From: a virus
Taxonomy: Duplodnaviria; Caudoviricetes
Direction: 5' to 3' (one strand)
DNA length: 54,888 nt
Virus record (IMG/VR): IMGVR_UViG_3300020472_000033
Span: 1-54,888 of that record
Position 1 is the first letter of the stretch; each line of letters opens with the position of its first letter. A program made the translations under genes and the position numbers. Of the stretch, positions 26,601 through 36,498 are shown one piece after another. The notes beneath the pieces are model-generated. The model searched no databases and was not told where the DNA came from. It saw only the letters and a program-made list of their open reading frames with translations.

Positions 26601-26764
26601 GATTAATGCAAGAGGACGGCAGTGCTGCTGGTTCTGGAACTTATGGAGAACGTCTAATATCTGAAGAACATGAACAAACTGCACAACTTCCTTCTTCAGT
26701 TTATACCCATTCTTTAGAAAAAATCGCTACTTATCATTCTGTAATAGATATTGGTCAAGTTTAG
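23693..26764 (+). CDS. gp7: Baseplate wedge initiator (gp7-like)
   Basis: QVPDFI, LYTAKGT, IQDSKYYQQFSY, VHPSGF; follows gp6. Confidence 0.8.
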   Translation: MSMNETKLVTKVSPLIEGQVPDFIQADHSKFVSFLTSYYQFLESGELKLTLSIDRLRSEVESLDYILEEGGDKIVLEEGAGSTGKFVNNETITGSISKATAKVLVEDTSNGRIFISSNQRFETGETVTGSVSGAVGTVTSYRGNPIQNIQQLLEYANVDNTIFDFLDNFRDQFMNAIPSTLADGVSKRKLLKTIKQLYTAKGTSEGHKTFLRMILNQEADIYYPEVDMLRVSDGQWNYITSLRVTAQVNSNSDEILNQQITGAISGATAIVVSIVGFSQGTDSISELEIDPNSLNGSFIDGETITAVSTTRDILQKFTVRKIVNNGTILDKGILHTSNEAISLQSTGNTYAEARIDVVDVGSLKSVYVDEGGSGYRIGDALTFTGGGANSSTAAGFVGTTGSFLILEDGNNILSEDTTSQSFVPLDIGLESATVPLANGTFVDGNKLLLDRTHTSGTDANHHLVHEISEWNINLDQWSSIDGDQIVLEEGTDPTSNDAISKVYLTNEGNGYSSLPTIGVTSTLGTGAKIIATTDDIGRALSVKITDPGFNYPIAPEATFYTHLILRDVTNTTFTSGSLLTTNTGTVYTYNNNPQILSVLLDNSGDILTEDGKDICFEDGDKLTSEGSVLEGETITCASGGTGKVLVSDTGNSKLDVGTLISYPGDYTSYRNKIGESVVRIQDSKYYQQFSYEVRVGAALVEYMDSLKKAVHPSGFLPFGKVSIASQVSAALSIPAGKDVPDFTADTETFTPELASTFENLFTTVFGRRLGTETDGSVFPVEEANLLLEDNQFVLLEDGEKIITTRPNSLEGSSTNLSEGERDVTLKQKTEIVLSMPTTNTSNPNALKNLNIHPFFGSALTIELETQTQVEGSSVTFDDTQPDGAGGEDFSDTGIDFSSGNTPGGSLVLNGEYSDLAYETNTLMNTFENIMIEERDRRDESGPRFDLIGNIRFNEFLTYNNINFVQEDGDRLMQEDGSAAGSGTYGERLISEEHEQTAQLPSSVYTHSLEKIATYHSVIDIGQV

Positions 26765-26767
26765 ATG

Positions 26768-26775
26768 TATAAATA
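26768..26775 (+). promoter_or_regulatory. Late promoter TATAAATA
   Basis: Exact consensus, intergenic. Confidence 0.8.
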
Positions 26776-26791
26776 ATAAAAAGGAATTAAA

Positions 26792-27574
26792 ATGGCATTT
26801 CAAGAAATAAATCGTGGTACTGGAGCTGATACTGGTGATGGCGATTCACTACGAGCTGGTGGATTAAAGGTAAATACTAATTTAGGAGAAATATATAATG
26901 CAATCGGAACTGGTTCTGCTGCTGGTTCAACGATTTGTACTGGAATAAGTGCTTCTGCAACTGTTATAACTCTTACGGCCCCTGTTCTTACAAATGCTAC
27001 TGCTACAAATATTAAAGGTGGCGGAAATAATACTAATGGACATACTGTTCCGAATTTAGCTGATGATACTTTTACTCTTATAGGTGCTACACAAACACTA
27101 ACAGGTAAGACTCTTACAAACCCAACAATTAATGCTGCTACTTTAACAGGAACGGTTGCTTCAACAGCAACTGTAACTGGTACTTTAGATTTAAGTGGTA
27201 CTGTCTTACAAGGAACAAATGCTTTAGTTTTTGAAGGTTCTGGTGATGATGCTCATGAAACAACATTTGCAATCACGAATCCAACTGTATCCGATAAAAC
27301 TATTACGTTTCCAGATACGACAGGAATGGTTCTATTAGATAGTACATTAGGAACATTTGATTATACTGTCGGTACAAGGTCTATGTCAACGGAAGATTGG
27401 GTTCAAGAATCTGGAGTTGCTGCTAGTTATGTTGATGGTATTAATACAGAAAGCACAATAGGTGACAAACTCCTAGAAGAAACAGATGGAGATAATCTTA
27501 AAATGGAAACACCATTTATAAAAATATTAACCAGTGGTGGAGCTGTGGTAAAAGTTGTCTACGGAGCAATATAA
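26792..27574 (+). CDS. Baseplate/fibre protein with gp9/gp10-type N-terminus
   Basis: INRGTGADTGDGDSLRAGGLKVNTNLGEIY; QTLTGKTLT fibre motif. Confidence 0.75.
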   Translation: MAFQEINRGTGADTGDGDSLRAGGLKVNTNLGEIYNAIGTGSAAGSTICTGISASATVITLTAPVLTNATATNIKGGGNNTNGHTVPNLADDTFTLIGATQTLTGKTLTNPTINAATLTGTVASTATVTGTLDLSGTVLQGTNALVFEGSGDDAHETTFAITNPTVSDKTITFPDTTGMVLLDSTLGTFDYTVGTRSMSTEDWVQESGVAASYVDGINTESTIGDKLLEETDGDNLKMETPFIKILTSGGAVVKVVYGAI

Positions 27575-27577
27575 ATA
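27570..27577 (+). promoter_or_regulatory. Late promoter TATAAATA
   Basis: Exact consensus before gp8. Confidence 0.7.
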
Positions 27578-27596
27578 AAGTTAAGGAAAAAACAAA

Positions 27597-29138
27597 ATGG
27601 CTGCAATAATTACAGAAAATTTTAGATACGAAAATGCCAATATTTTCAAAACCGATGTAGAAAGTGGTTCAGATAAATATTGGCTTTTTATAGGAAAAGC
27701 TACTCCATTCTCTGTAGCAAATGATGGAACTGGAGCTAGTGATTCGGCACCTCCAACAACTTACGATGAAGTTGCAAATAATAGTTATTATTGGGATGAT
27801 ATGTTAGCAGCTAAACATATTGCCAGTACTGATGTTGCTTTTGTCGTTCCTCGTAGAAATTGGACAGCTAGTGCTAGATATGATATGTATGAACATAATG
27901 TTAGTGGAACTAATTTAACATATTCTGGTGTTAATAATATTTATTCTTCTACTTTCTATTTTATGACTACTGAATATAAAATATATAAAGTTTTACATAA
28001 TGGTAATACAGGTGAGGGTAGTGCAGCTGCTGTATATTCTGGTGGGGTGGCTCCAGCTTTTACAGATAATTCTCCACAATTTCACGGAGGATACCTTTTA
28101 CAATATGTGTGTACTATTAGTACAGGAGATGTTGAGAAATTTTTAACTACTGATTTTATGCCAATTAAAACAAATTCTACAGTTGCTGCTGCTCAATCTA
28201 CTATGGGTACTGGTCGTATCCAATCTTTATTAGTCACTCCTGGCACTGGTTATAATAACGGTACATTTTATACACCAATTCAAGGGGATGGTACAAATGC
28301 TGGAACAGCAGATGGTGCTATTGTTAAAGTCATAACTTCTGGAAATAGTATTACTGCATTTAGTTCTGGTGGAACTAATATGCATGACAATTTACTTACT
28401 AAACGTGGTGGGTATACTTATGGAACAATTAATTTAAATAATTGTTTTTCTAATGCTACTTTAGCTACTCCTGCTACAATCCATTCTTCACCTCCTGTTA
28501 ATGCAATCATACCTATTATTGATCCTAAAGGTGGCCACGGTAGTAATGCTCCAAAAGAATTAGGTGCTCATTATGTAATGTCAAATACTACTTTATCTGG
28601 TGCTGAAGGTTCTGGTGATTTTAACACTGTTAATGATTTTCGTAGAGTTGGTATTGTAAAAAGTCCATTTGATTATGGAACAACCAATATTTCTGCTACT
28701 GGTACAAAACGACAAACGTATTGTGTTAATTTTGCTTCTTCTAGTAATAACTTTACCGTTGATGAAGAAATCCGACAAGCATCAACTGGTGCTATAGGTA
28801 GGGTAGTTCGTTGGGATGCTGCCAATAAAAATCTTTATTATCAACAAGAAAGACATAATCTTTATGGAACAAATGACGGTACATATTTAACTGGTAAGAA
28901 AGGTTCTTATAAAGCTTTTTCTGGAACAAATACAATTACAGGACAAACATCTTCACCAACACCTACTGGTACGCCTTCTACTACTACTGGAGCTGTAGGT
29001 GGTGTCACTTTTGCAAGTGGTTATGCTACTCCAGAAATGGCGTTTGATAGTGGTGACATACTTTATATAGAAAATCGTAAACCAATATATCGTGCTACAG
29101 ACCAAACAGAAGATGTAAAAATTATAGTGGAATTTTAA
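27597..29138 (+). CDS. gp8: Baseplate wedge subunit
   Basis: MAAIITENFR, PRRNW, GGHGSNA..ELGA, SGDILYIENRKPI.R..DQTEDVKIIVEF. Confidence 0.92.
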   Translation: MAAIITENFRYENANIFKTDVESGSDKYWLFIGKATPFSVANDGTGASDSAPPTTYDEVANNSYYWDDMLAAKHIASTDVAFVVPRRNWTASARYDMYEHNVSGTNLTYSGVNNIYSSTFYFMTTEYKIYKVLHNGNTGEGSAAAVYSGGVAPAFTDNSPQFHGGYLLQYVCTISTGDVEKFLTTDFMPIKTNSTVAAAQSTMGTGRIQSLLVTPGTGYNNGTFYTPIQGDGTNAGTADGAIVKVITSGNSITAFSSGGTNMHDNLLTKRGGYTYGTINLNNCFSNATLATPATIHSSPPVNAIIPIIDPKGGHGSNAPKELGAHYVMSNTTLSGAEGSGDFNTVNDFRRVGIVKSPFDYGTTNISATGTKRQTYCVNFASSSNNFTVDEEIRQASTGAIGRVVRWDAANKNLYYQQERHNLYGTNDGTYLTGKKGSYKAFSGTNTITGQTSSPTPTGTPSTTTGAVGGVTFASGYATPEMAFDSGDILYIENRKPIYRATDQTEDVKIIVEF

Positions 29139-29141
29139 AAA

Positions 29142-32100
29142 ATGGCTCAAACTACAGACCTTAATGTTGCTCCTTATTATGATGATTTTGATAAGACTAA
29201 AAATTATAAACGAGTTTTATTTAGACCAGGCTTTGCTATACAAGCAAGGGAGCTAACACAATTACAATCAGCTCTACAACATCAAGTAGAAGCACACGGT
29301 AGTCATATTTTTAAAGAAGGGGCTATGGTTATTCCTGGCCAGATTTCTTTAAATCAAAGGTATAGTTCTGTAAAATTAGAAAATACATTTAATTCTGAAA
29401 ATGTTGCTTTAGCTCAATATTATAATGAAGAAAATCCTGTTACTATCACTGGAATTACTTCTGGTGTTAAAGCACAAGTAATAGGTTATGACAATTCTAG
29501 TTCTACAGACCAATCAGTATTATATGTAATGTATACTTCTGCTGGAACAAATGAAAGTGCTACACTTTTTACAGAAGGTGAAAATTTAAAAGCAAATATT
29601 GGTATTACACATACTAGTGCTATTAGTGCTAATGTAGCTTCTGCCACAGTTTTTACATCAACTTCTTCTATAGTAGATGATCCTAAAGGGCCAGCTTGTA
29701 GATATGGTTCAGCTGCTCAAATAGAGCCTGGGGTTTATTATGTAAACGGCCATTTTGTTGAAACTACTAGACAAACATTAGTTTTAGATAAGTATGGTAA
29801 TACTCCATCTTATAGAATTGGATGGAGTGTTGCTGAAGCCATTGAAACGCCAGAAGCTGAGTCAGATCTTACTGATAATGCTCAAGGTTCTGCTAATTTT
29901 TCAGCTAAAGGAGCTCATAGATTAGTTATATCAGTAACATTAGCAAAAATACCTTTATCCTCTACAAGTGATGCTAATTTTGTAGAGTTAATGACAATAA
30001 AGAATGGAACTATATTAAAAAGAGTTAGGACTACTGAATATTCAGAAATTGAAGAAACTTTTGCACGAAGAACTTTTGATGAATCTGGAGATTATACTGT
30101 AAGACCTTTTCAAATGGAGGCTAGAGAAAGTGTAACTATAGATGCAGAAGAAGGGGTATATGGTTTAGGGGATGAAACAGATGATGGTGGTACAGCATCT
30201 GATGATATGTTAGCAGTGAAACTGTCTCCTGGCAAAGCTTACATAAAAGGATATGAAATAGAAAAACTTGCTCCAACATTTAAAGATGTTAAAAAGGCAA
30301 GGGATACAGCAAGAGTTACTTCTGGTATATCTAATTGGTCAATGGGTAACTATTGTTTAGTTAATATGATATACAACTCACCAGATATTTCAAAGGGTGG
30401 AACTACGGTAGACCCATATAAACCTTTATTTATATATGATCAAGTAATTGGTTCTAAATCCCAAGATACAGAACCAACTGCAGCTGGTTCTATTATAGGT
30501 GTATGTAGAGCTAGACAGTTTGTTCATCATAGTGGTGCAGCTGGTGGTGCTGGTAATGACTTCTTTAGTCAGTATGATTATAATAGTAATAAGTATAAAT
30601 TATATCTTTTTGATATAAGGATGTTTACATCGTTAACATTATCTGGAACACCAGCAGCTACATTAGTGGCAAATCACGCAAATGGTGGAGTTAGGGTAAC
30701 AGGTGAAAATTCTGGTGCTGTTGGACTAGTTCACAGTAGTGGAACATCAGGCTCAAATTGTAATTTAACAAATATTGTAGGAACATTTCAAGTTGGTGAA
30801 AAACTTTTTGCTAGTGATAGAGCTGGTTATTTAGTAACTTCAGCCCCAGCAGATATAACTGTATCGGCAGCTGCAACTAATAGTTTTAGTGCTGCTAAAG
30901 CTGTTTTTCATGATGATGCTACTGCTCACCAAGGATTTTTAGCTGATATTGGTTTAAATGAAGAGGTTACTTTAAACGGTACTTGGAGAACCGAAACTAC
31001 AGGAAATTATCTAGAAGGGGTTTCTGGATATGATACTTCTCAACTTAGAGTAAATGATATTGTAACTATTCCTGCTGGTGGTGGTGCTACTGAATTAAGA
31101 AGGGTAACAGTAGTTGCAGCTGATAAGGTAACTCTTGCTTCTGCACCTACAACTGACGATATTACTAGTTCAAATATTGTAAGGCATCGTGCTAAGTTAT
31201 TTGATTCAGAAAAGAATATAAGTCTTTTAAAATTAAATAAAAATACTATTAAAACATTATTAACTCCTGCTTCATCACCTCAAAGTTATACGCAATTTAA
31301 TGCTTATCATCAATTTGAACCAGCTTCTGCTTCTGATGGTTCTGGTGTTATTACCTTTCCAGCATTAGGTGCTGGAGAAACATATGCTAGTGGAGCAAAT
31401 AAAAGTGATTATGTAGTTAGTGTTACAGATGCAGGCAATGGTACTGGTAAAAAGGGAGATATTGTTGACCATGTAGGAAAAGTTGATAATTCAGCTTTAG
31501 AACTTACAGAAGCAGCTGTATTTGGTACTTCTGGTACTTCTGTAAAAATAACAGCTCTAGTAACAAAAACTCAAGTTACTCAACGGTCAAAATCAACAAA
31601 ATTGTGTAAAGAACTTAAAGTATTTTCCTCTGGTGTAACTGCTCCTTGGGGCACAAAACAAACAGACAAACAAATTTCTTTAGGAAGATCAGATGCATTT
31701 AAATTAGTTTGTGTATTTGATTCAGAAGATGCTAGTAGTGACGCAGCTGCACCTACATTAACAAATGATGGTGTTATTGATAATGGGCCTTTTGTAAGGG
31801 GGGAAATTGTTACAGGACAAAGTTCTGGTGCTAAAGCAAGATTAATATCTATAACAAGTCCTTTTAAGTATGTTCCTATTGGTACTACAGATTTTATAAA
31901 TGGTGAAGAAGTTAAAGGAGATAGTTGGACAGGAAGAAGTTCAATACCTACAACAACTCTACATGGTTCTGCTGCCGTAACAGCTGGTTCAACTGTTATA
32001 ACATCACAATTTTTATTAGATACTGGTCAACGTGATAATTATTATGATATTTCTAGTATTGTAAGAAAAGATGGTATTGCCGCTCCAATTGGAAGATTGC

Positions 32101-35100
32101 TTGTAATTTATGATTACCTTGAACATGGGGCAGGAGATGTCTTTAGTGTAGATTCTTATACTGATGTTGCAAATCAAATGGGGTATGAAAATATACCAGT
32201 ATATTCTGCTACAAAAGTTGATCCAGATTCACCAGAACCAGCTGGTATTTATCCTCTAACAGATTGTTATGATTTTAGACCTACAGTTGTAGAAATTACT
32301 GGCACAGATGTATATGGTAATGTAGATAGGATAACTGCAAATTCCTTTAATTTTCATCATAGAGGATTTAATACTGCTGGTGGTGATCGTTATACTCGTT
32401 TCCCCCCACATGGAGCAAATGTACAATCTACTTACGATTATTATCTTAATAAGTATGCTCTCATTTTTATGGATCAAAAAGGAAATATTACAGTAAAAGA
32501 AGGTGTTTCAGCTGAAGTACCTCAATTACCAAAACCAGTTGAAAATGGTATGTTAATTGCTACTCTTTATCTTCCAGCATTTACATTTAAACCTAAAGAT
32601 GTAGAAATTCTTAGAGAAAAAAATCAACGATATACTATGAAGGATATCGGAAAATTAAAAACTAGACTTGACCATGTAGAATATTATACTGCTCTTAGTA
32701 TGTTAGAAAGAGATGCAGAGTCTTTTGAAATCACAGATTCAAACGGACTTAATCGTTTTAAGTCTGGTTTTGTTGTAGATAATTTTACTGGCCATAGAGT
32801 AGGTGATGCAATGAACACTGATTACAAGTGTTCTATAGATATGGAAAATAATGAATTACGTCCTAAGAATAAAGCAAACGCAGTATTTTTGGAAGAAGTA
32901 TCAACTACTACTGCTGAAAGAACATCTGCTGGTTATCAAAAAACAGGTGACTTATTAACACTTCCTTATACAGAACAAGAATTTACTTCTCAACCATATG
33001 CAACACGCTTAGAAAGGGTTACACCTATTCTTACTTCTAATTGGGTAGGGAATATAGAATTATCTCCTAGTGGAGATGAATGGTTTGAAACAGAAATTGC
33101 ACCACAATTAATTATTAATGTTGAAGGAAATTTTGATACATTCTTTGCTGCTAACAGAGATAAAATTGGTACTATTTGGAACGCTTGGCAAACTCAATGG
33201 AGTGGGGTTGTTAGTAGGGATACTAGGAGAGTAGGCCAAGGCGGTGGTACTGTTAGAAGGACTATAACTACATCAAGAACAGATTTGGAAAGAAGGGGTA
33301 TTAAAACAGAAGTTGTTGCTCAGATAGATGAAGAGTCACAAGGTTCTAGAGTAATTGCTACAGCAATAATTCCTTGGTGTAGATCTAAAACTGTAACTTT
33401 TGAAGGTACTGGATTTTTACCTAATACAAGAGTATATCCTTTCTTTGATAAAAAACCAGTTTCAAGTTTGGTAACTCCAGAAGCAGGATATTCTTTTTTA
33501 AATGGAGTTGCTGTTGATCCTATAATAGCAGGAAGTCCTTTGGTTACTTCTGCAGCTGGTAAGGTTAGAGGAACATTTTTAATTCCAGACCCAACTGTAT
33601 CTGGTAATTTAAAGTTTTCAACAGGTGAAACTCAATATAGACTTACTTCAAGTTCTACTAATAATATAAAGGTAGACCCAGTAACAGCAGGGGATGCAAT
33701 CTATTATGCTAAAGGTATTTTAGAAACTCATCAAGAAACTATTATTGCAACTAGAAATGCAAGATTAGTAAGAACAAATGTTACACAAGTTACAAGTCAG
33801 ACAAACTCAAGTACATCCTTTAGTGACTTTCAATCTGGAAGCAATGATGAACCGCCTGGTATTAGTGATGATGGTGGGGGTAATGATCCTGATGATAGCA
33901 ATGGTGATGATCCACTAGCTCAAACATTTATGGTAGATCAGAGTGGTGGTGCTTTTGTTACAAGTATAGATGTTTGGTTTGGAGAAAAAGATGCAGACCT
34001 ACCAGTAACTTGTGAAATACGTAATGTTGTTAATGGTTATCCTGGCCCTAAAGTTTTACCCTTTGGTAGAAAAGTATTAGAACCATCTGAAGTATCTCTT
34101 TCTGATGATGCTTCCGTAGCTACTAAATTTACATTTCCTTCCCCTGTATATCTTGAAGAAGGAAAAGAATATTGTATGGTGTTCATAGCAGCTGTACCTA
34201 GTTGGAAGATATGGATTTGCCGTATGGGTGAACAGGAAGTCGGTGGTTCTAGAAATGTATCGGAACAACCACATATAGGTGTTATGTTTAAGTCTCACAA
34301 CAATAGAGCTTGGGCTATGTCTGGTATGGAAGATATTAAATTTACAATCAATACAGCAAAATTTTCAGAAAATGATGGAACAGTAAATTTACAAAATAAA
34401 ACAATTCCTAGTAAAAAATTAAGAACCAATGCTGTAACTTTACAACATGGTTTAACAACACAAATTATTAATCATGTAGATCACGGTATGTACCATGCAT
34501 CTAATGATGTTACCATTTCTGGAGTTTCTGCTGGATTGGAAACTACACTAAATGCTGCTATTAATGACGGAGTTGTTAATACTTGTACTTTAACTACAGG
34601 CAATCTTGCAAACTTCAAAATGACAACTGGTAGATGGGCAGCTAAAGGTGGTGTTCATTATATTAGAATTGATGACGAAATTATTTCATTTGCAACTGCT
34701 GACCTTAATACTGGTACAGGTGTTATTACTAATGCAACTAGAGGAGCTTTATCAACAATAGCTGCTTCACATACTATAAATTCTAAAGTAGAATATTATA
34801 TGATGCACCAAGTTCCTTTATCAGAAATTAATAAAACTCATACTTCAATAGGAAATATTGGAATTGACAGTTATACAATAACTACATCTAGTTCTACAGT
34901 TATTCAAGGTGGTGTATCTTATGCTGCCGGCCCACCTGTAGTTCCACCTACTTCTGCTGGAATTGGTGGTATGAATATCTACGCAACTCAAAATTATATG
35001 TTTGATACTGTTCAAACTATGATAAGTGCTATGGAATTGCCAGGAACAACTATTGAGTCAAAAATCAGACCTACTTCATCTACATCTCCCAATGGTAGTC

Positions 35101-35816
35101 AAACATCATTTGCAACAACTTCTTCCTCTAATGCTAAAGGATTTCCTTTGAATGATAACTATGACTTTGATGAACCATATATGGTTTGTTCTTCACCAAA
35201 TGAAACTGGTCAAATGTCTGGTACAAAGAGTTTATTGATGCCAATTACTCTTTCAACTACAAATACAAATATTTCTCCAGTAATAGATACAGATAGAATG
35301 TCTTTAATTGCTATTACTAATAGAATGAATGCTATTTATTCTAGTTCTGATGTATATCCATCTTGGGATTATGTATCTTCTACCGAACCTAATGGTGATA
35401 ATAATGCAGGCATTTATATGACTAAAAAGGTAATATTAGATACTCCTGCTACGGCTTTAAAAATATTTTTTGGTGCTAATAGGTCATCTAATACAACTCT
35501 TAGATTAATGTATAAAATTTTAAGAAATGATGAAGCTATGGATTTTGATGAATTGGGTTGGGAGTATTTTAATCCAGTATATGCTACTAATGTTTTACAA
35601 CACGCTAGTTCTGGATTACCAGATATTACAGCTAATCCTTCTTTGGATGCAGATGATTTTCAACAATATGTATATACTGCTGGTGTGAAAGATGACGGCA
35701 TAGGTACTTCATTAGAACCGTTTGTTTCTTTTTCTATAAAAATTATTATGACAGGAACAAATACTTCTCAACCACCAAGGATTAAAGATTTAAGATGTAT
35801 AGCATTGGCAACATAA
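29142..35816 (+). CDS. Large virion structural protein (VrlC / DUF4815-like)
   Basis: LNVAPYYDDFD...RVLFRPG..IQARELTQLQS, ARRTFDESGDY, RFKSGFVVDNF, DPLAQTF, IKDLRCIALA. Confidence 0.88.
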   Translation: MAQTTDLNVAPYYDDFDKTKNYKRVLFRPGFAIQARELTQLQSALQHQVEAHGSHIFKEGAMVIPGQISLNQRYSSVKLENTFNSENVALAQYYNEENPVTITGITSGVKAQVIGYDNSSSTDQSVLYVMYTSAGTNESATLFTEGENLKANIGITHTSAISANVASATVFTSTSSIVDDPKGPACRYGSAAQIEPGVYYVNGHFVETTRQTLVLDKYGNTPSYRIGWSVAEAIETPEAESDLTDNAQGSANFSAKGAHRLVISVTLAKIPLSSTSDANFVELMTIKNGTILKRVRTTEYSEIEETFARRTFDESGDYTVRPFQMEARESVTIDAEEGVYGLGDETDDGGTASDDMLAVKLSPGKAYIKGYEIEKLAPTFKDVKKARDTARVTSGISNWSMGNYCLVNMIYNSPDISKGGTTVDPYKPLFIYDQVIGSKSQDTEPTAAGSIIGVCRARQFVHHSGAAGGAGNDFFSQYDYNSNKYKLYLFDIRMFTSLTLSGTPAATLVANHANGGVRVTGENSGAVGLVHSSGTSGSNCNLTNIVGTFQVGEKLFASDRAGYLVTSAPADITVSAAATNSFSAAKAVFHDDATAHQGFLADIGLNEEVTLNGTWRTETTGNYLEGVSGYDTSQLRVNDIVTIPAGGGATELRRVTVVAADKVTLASAPTTDDITSSNIVRHRAKLFDSEKNISLLKLNKNTIKTLLTPASSPQSYTQFNAYHQFEPASASDGSGVITFPALGAGETYASGANKSDYVVSVTDAGNGTGKKGDIVDHVGKVDNSALELTEAAVFGTSGTSVKITALVTKTQVTQRSKSTKLCKELKVFSSGVTAPWGTKQTDKQISLGRSDAFKLVCVFDSEDASSDAAAPTLTNDGVIDNGPFVRGEIVTGQSSGAKARLISITSPFKYVPIGTTDFINGEEVKGDSWTGRSSIPTTTLHGSAAVTAGSTVITSQFLLDTGQRDNYYDISSIVRKDGIAAPIGRLLVIYDYLEHGAGDVFSVDSYTDVANQMGYENIPVYSATKVDPDSPEPAGIYPLTDCYDFRPTVVEITGTDVYGNVDRITANSFNFHHRGFNTAGGDRYTRFPPHGANVQSTYDYYLNKYALIFMDQKGNITVKEGVSAEVPQLPKPVENGMLIATLYLPAFTFKPKDVEILREKNQRYTMKDIGKLKTRLDHVEYYTALSMLERDAESFEITDSNGLNRFKSGFVVDNFTGHRVGDAMNTDYKCSIDMENNELRPKNKANAVFLEEVSTTTAERTSAGYQKTGDLLTLPYTEQEFTSQPYATRLERVTPILTSNWVGNIELSPSGDEWFETEIAPQLIINVEGNFDTFFAANRDKIGTIWNAWQTQWSGVVSRDTRRVGQGGGTVRRTITTSRTDLERRGIKTEVVAQIDEESQGSRVIATAIIPWCRSKTVTFEGTGFLPNTRVYPFFDKKPVSSLVTPEAGYSFLNGVAVDPIIAGSPLVTSAAGKVRGTFLIPDPTVSGNLKFSTGETQYRLTSSSTNNIKVDPVTAGDAIYYAKGILETHQETIIATRNARLVRTNVTQVTSQTNSSTSFSDFQSGSNDEPPGISDDGGGNDPDDSNGDDPLAQTFMVDQSGGAFVTSIDVWFGEKDADLPVTCEIRNVVNGYPGPKVLPFGRKVLEPSEVSLSDDASVATKFTFPSPVYLEEGKEYCMVFIAAVPSWKIWICRMGEQEVGGSRNVSEQPHIGVMFKSHNNRAWAMSGMEDIKFTINTAKFSENDGTVNLQNKTIPSKKLRTNAVTLQHGLTTQIINHVDHGMYHASNDVTISGVSAGLETTLNAAINDGVVNTCTLTTGNLANFKMTTGRWAAKGGVHYIRIDDEIISFATADLNTGTGVITNATRGALSTIAASHTINSKVEYYMMHQVPLSEINKTHTSIGNIGIDSYTITTSSSTVIQGGVSYAAGPPVVPPTSAGIGGMNIYATQNYMFDTVQTMISAMELPGTTIESKIRPTSSTSPNGSQTSFATTSSSNAKGFPLNDNYDFDEPYMVCSSPNETGQMSGTKSLLMPITLSTTNTNISPVIDTDRMSLIAITNRMNAIYSSSDVYPSWDYVSSTEPNGDNNAGIYMTKKVILDTPATALKIFFGANRSSNTTLRLMYKILRNDEAMDFDELGWEYFNPVYATNVLQHASSGLPDITANPSLDADDFQQYVYTAGVKDDGIGTSLEPFVSFSIKIIMTGTNTSQPPRIKDLRCIALAT

Positions 35817-35817
35817 A

Positions 35818-36048
35818 ATGAGTACTAGATTTTTAAAAGTAGAAGGTAATGAAGATTTAGTAAGAGATACTTCTTCTAATGCTATAATAAATCGTAACAA
35901 AACAGCATATGAAGTTGCAAAGAAAAGAGCTGAAGAATCACAAAGACAAAGAGATGAAATTAGAACTGCTCTTAGGGAAATAAATAGTTTAAAAAGTGAT
36001 ATGCACGAAATAAAAACGATGATAGTACAATTAGTAGGTAAAGTGTAA
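35818..36048 (+). CDS. Small coiled-coil protein typically following VrlC
   Basis: KVEG..DLVRD..SNAIIN...EINSLKSDMHEIK. Confidence 0.8.
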   Translation: MSTRFLKVEGNEDLVRDTSSNAIINRNKTAYEVAKKRAEESQRQRDEIRTALREINSLKSDMHEIKTMIVQLVGKV

Positions 36049-36488
36049 TGGCAATAACAGCAGCTACAGTAGCAAATACTGATACATTAGAAAAATTAAG
36101 ACAAGAGTATAATAACTTACAAGCTGATGTATTGGCTTTAAATACTGGTGCATTAACAGTGTTTGGTGTTCCTAATGGTACGGAAACAGTAAGTGGTGAT
36201 GGTTCTGGAAAAGATGCTATTTCATTAAATACATTAATTAGTTTTTTAAACACCAGTGGAGGAAATTCTGATTTAACTTTAGCAACTGGACAAACAGGAC
36301 AAATTAAAATTTTAGTAATGACAAGTGCTGGAGGAAATACAGCTACATTAGATAAAACAGATGGTAATTTAGATACTACTGCTGTTAGTACTTCAATTGT
36401 TTTTAATGCTATTGGTGAATCTGTAACATTAGTATGGTCTGGTTCTAAGTGGTTTCCAATCAACGCTTTAGGGGCTACCATTACATAG
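36048..36488 (+). CDS. Putative virion fibre/decoration protein
   Basis: TDTLEKLRQEYN N-terminal motif; beta-rich C-terminus ending LVWSGSKW. Confidence 0.7.
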   Translation: MAITAATVANTDTLEKLRQEYNNLQADVLALNTGALTVFGVPNGTETVSGDGSGKDAISLNTLISFLNTSGGNSDLTLATGQTGQIKILVMTSAGGNTATLDKTDGNLDTTAVSTSIVFNAIGESVTLVWSGSKWFPINALGATIT

Positions 36489-36498
36489 GAGATAACTT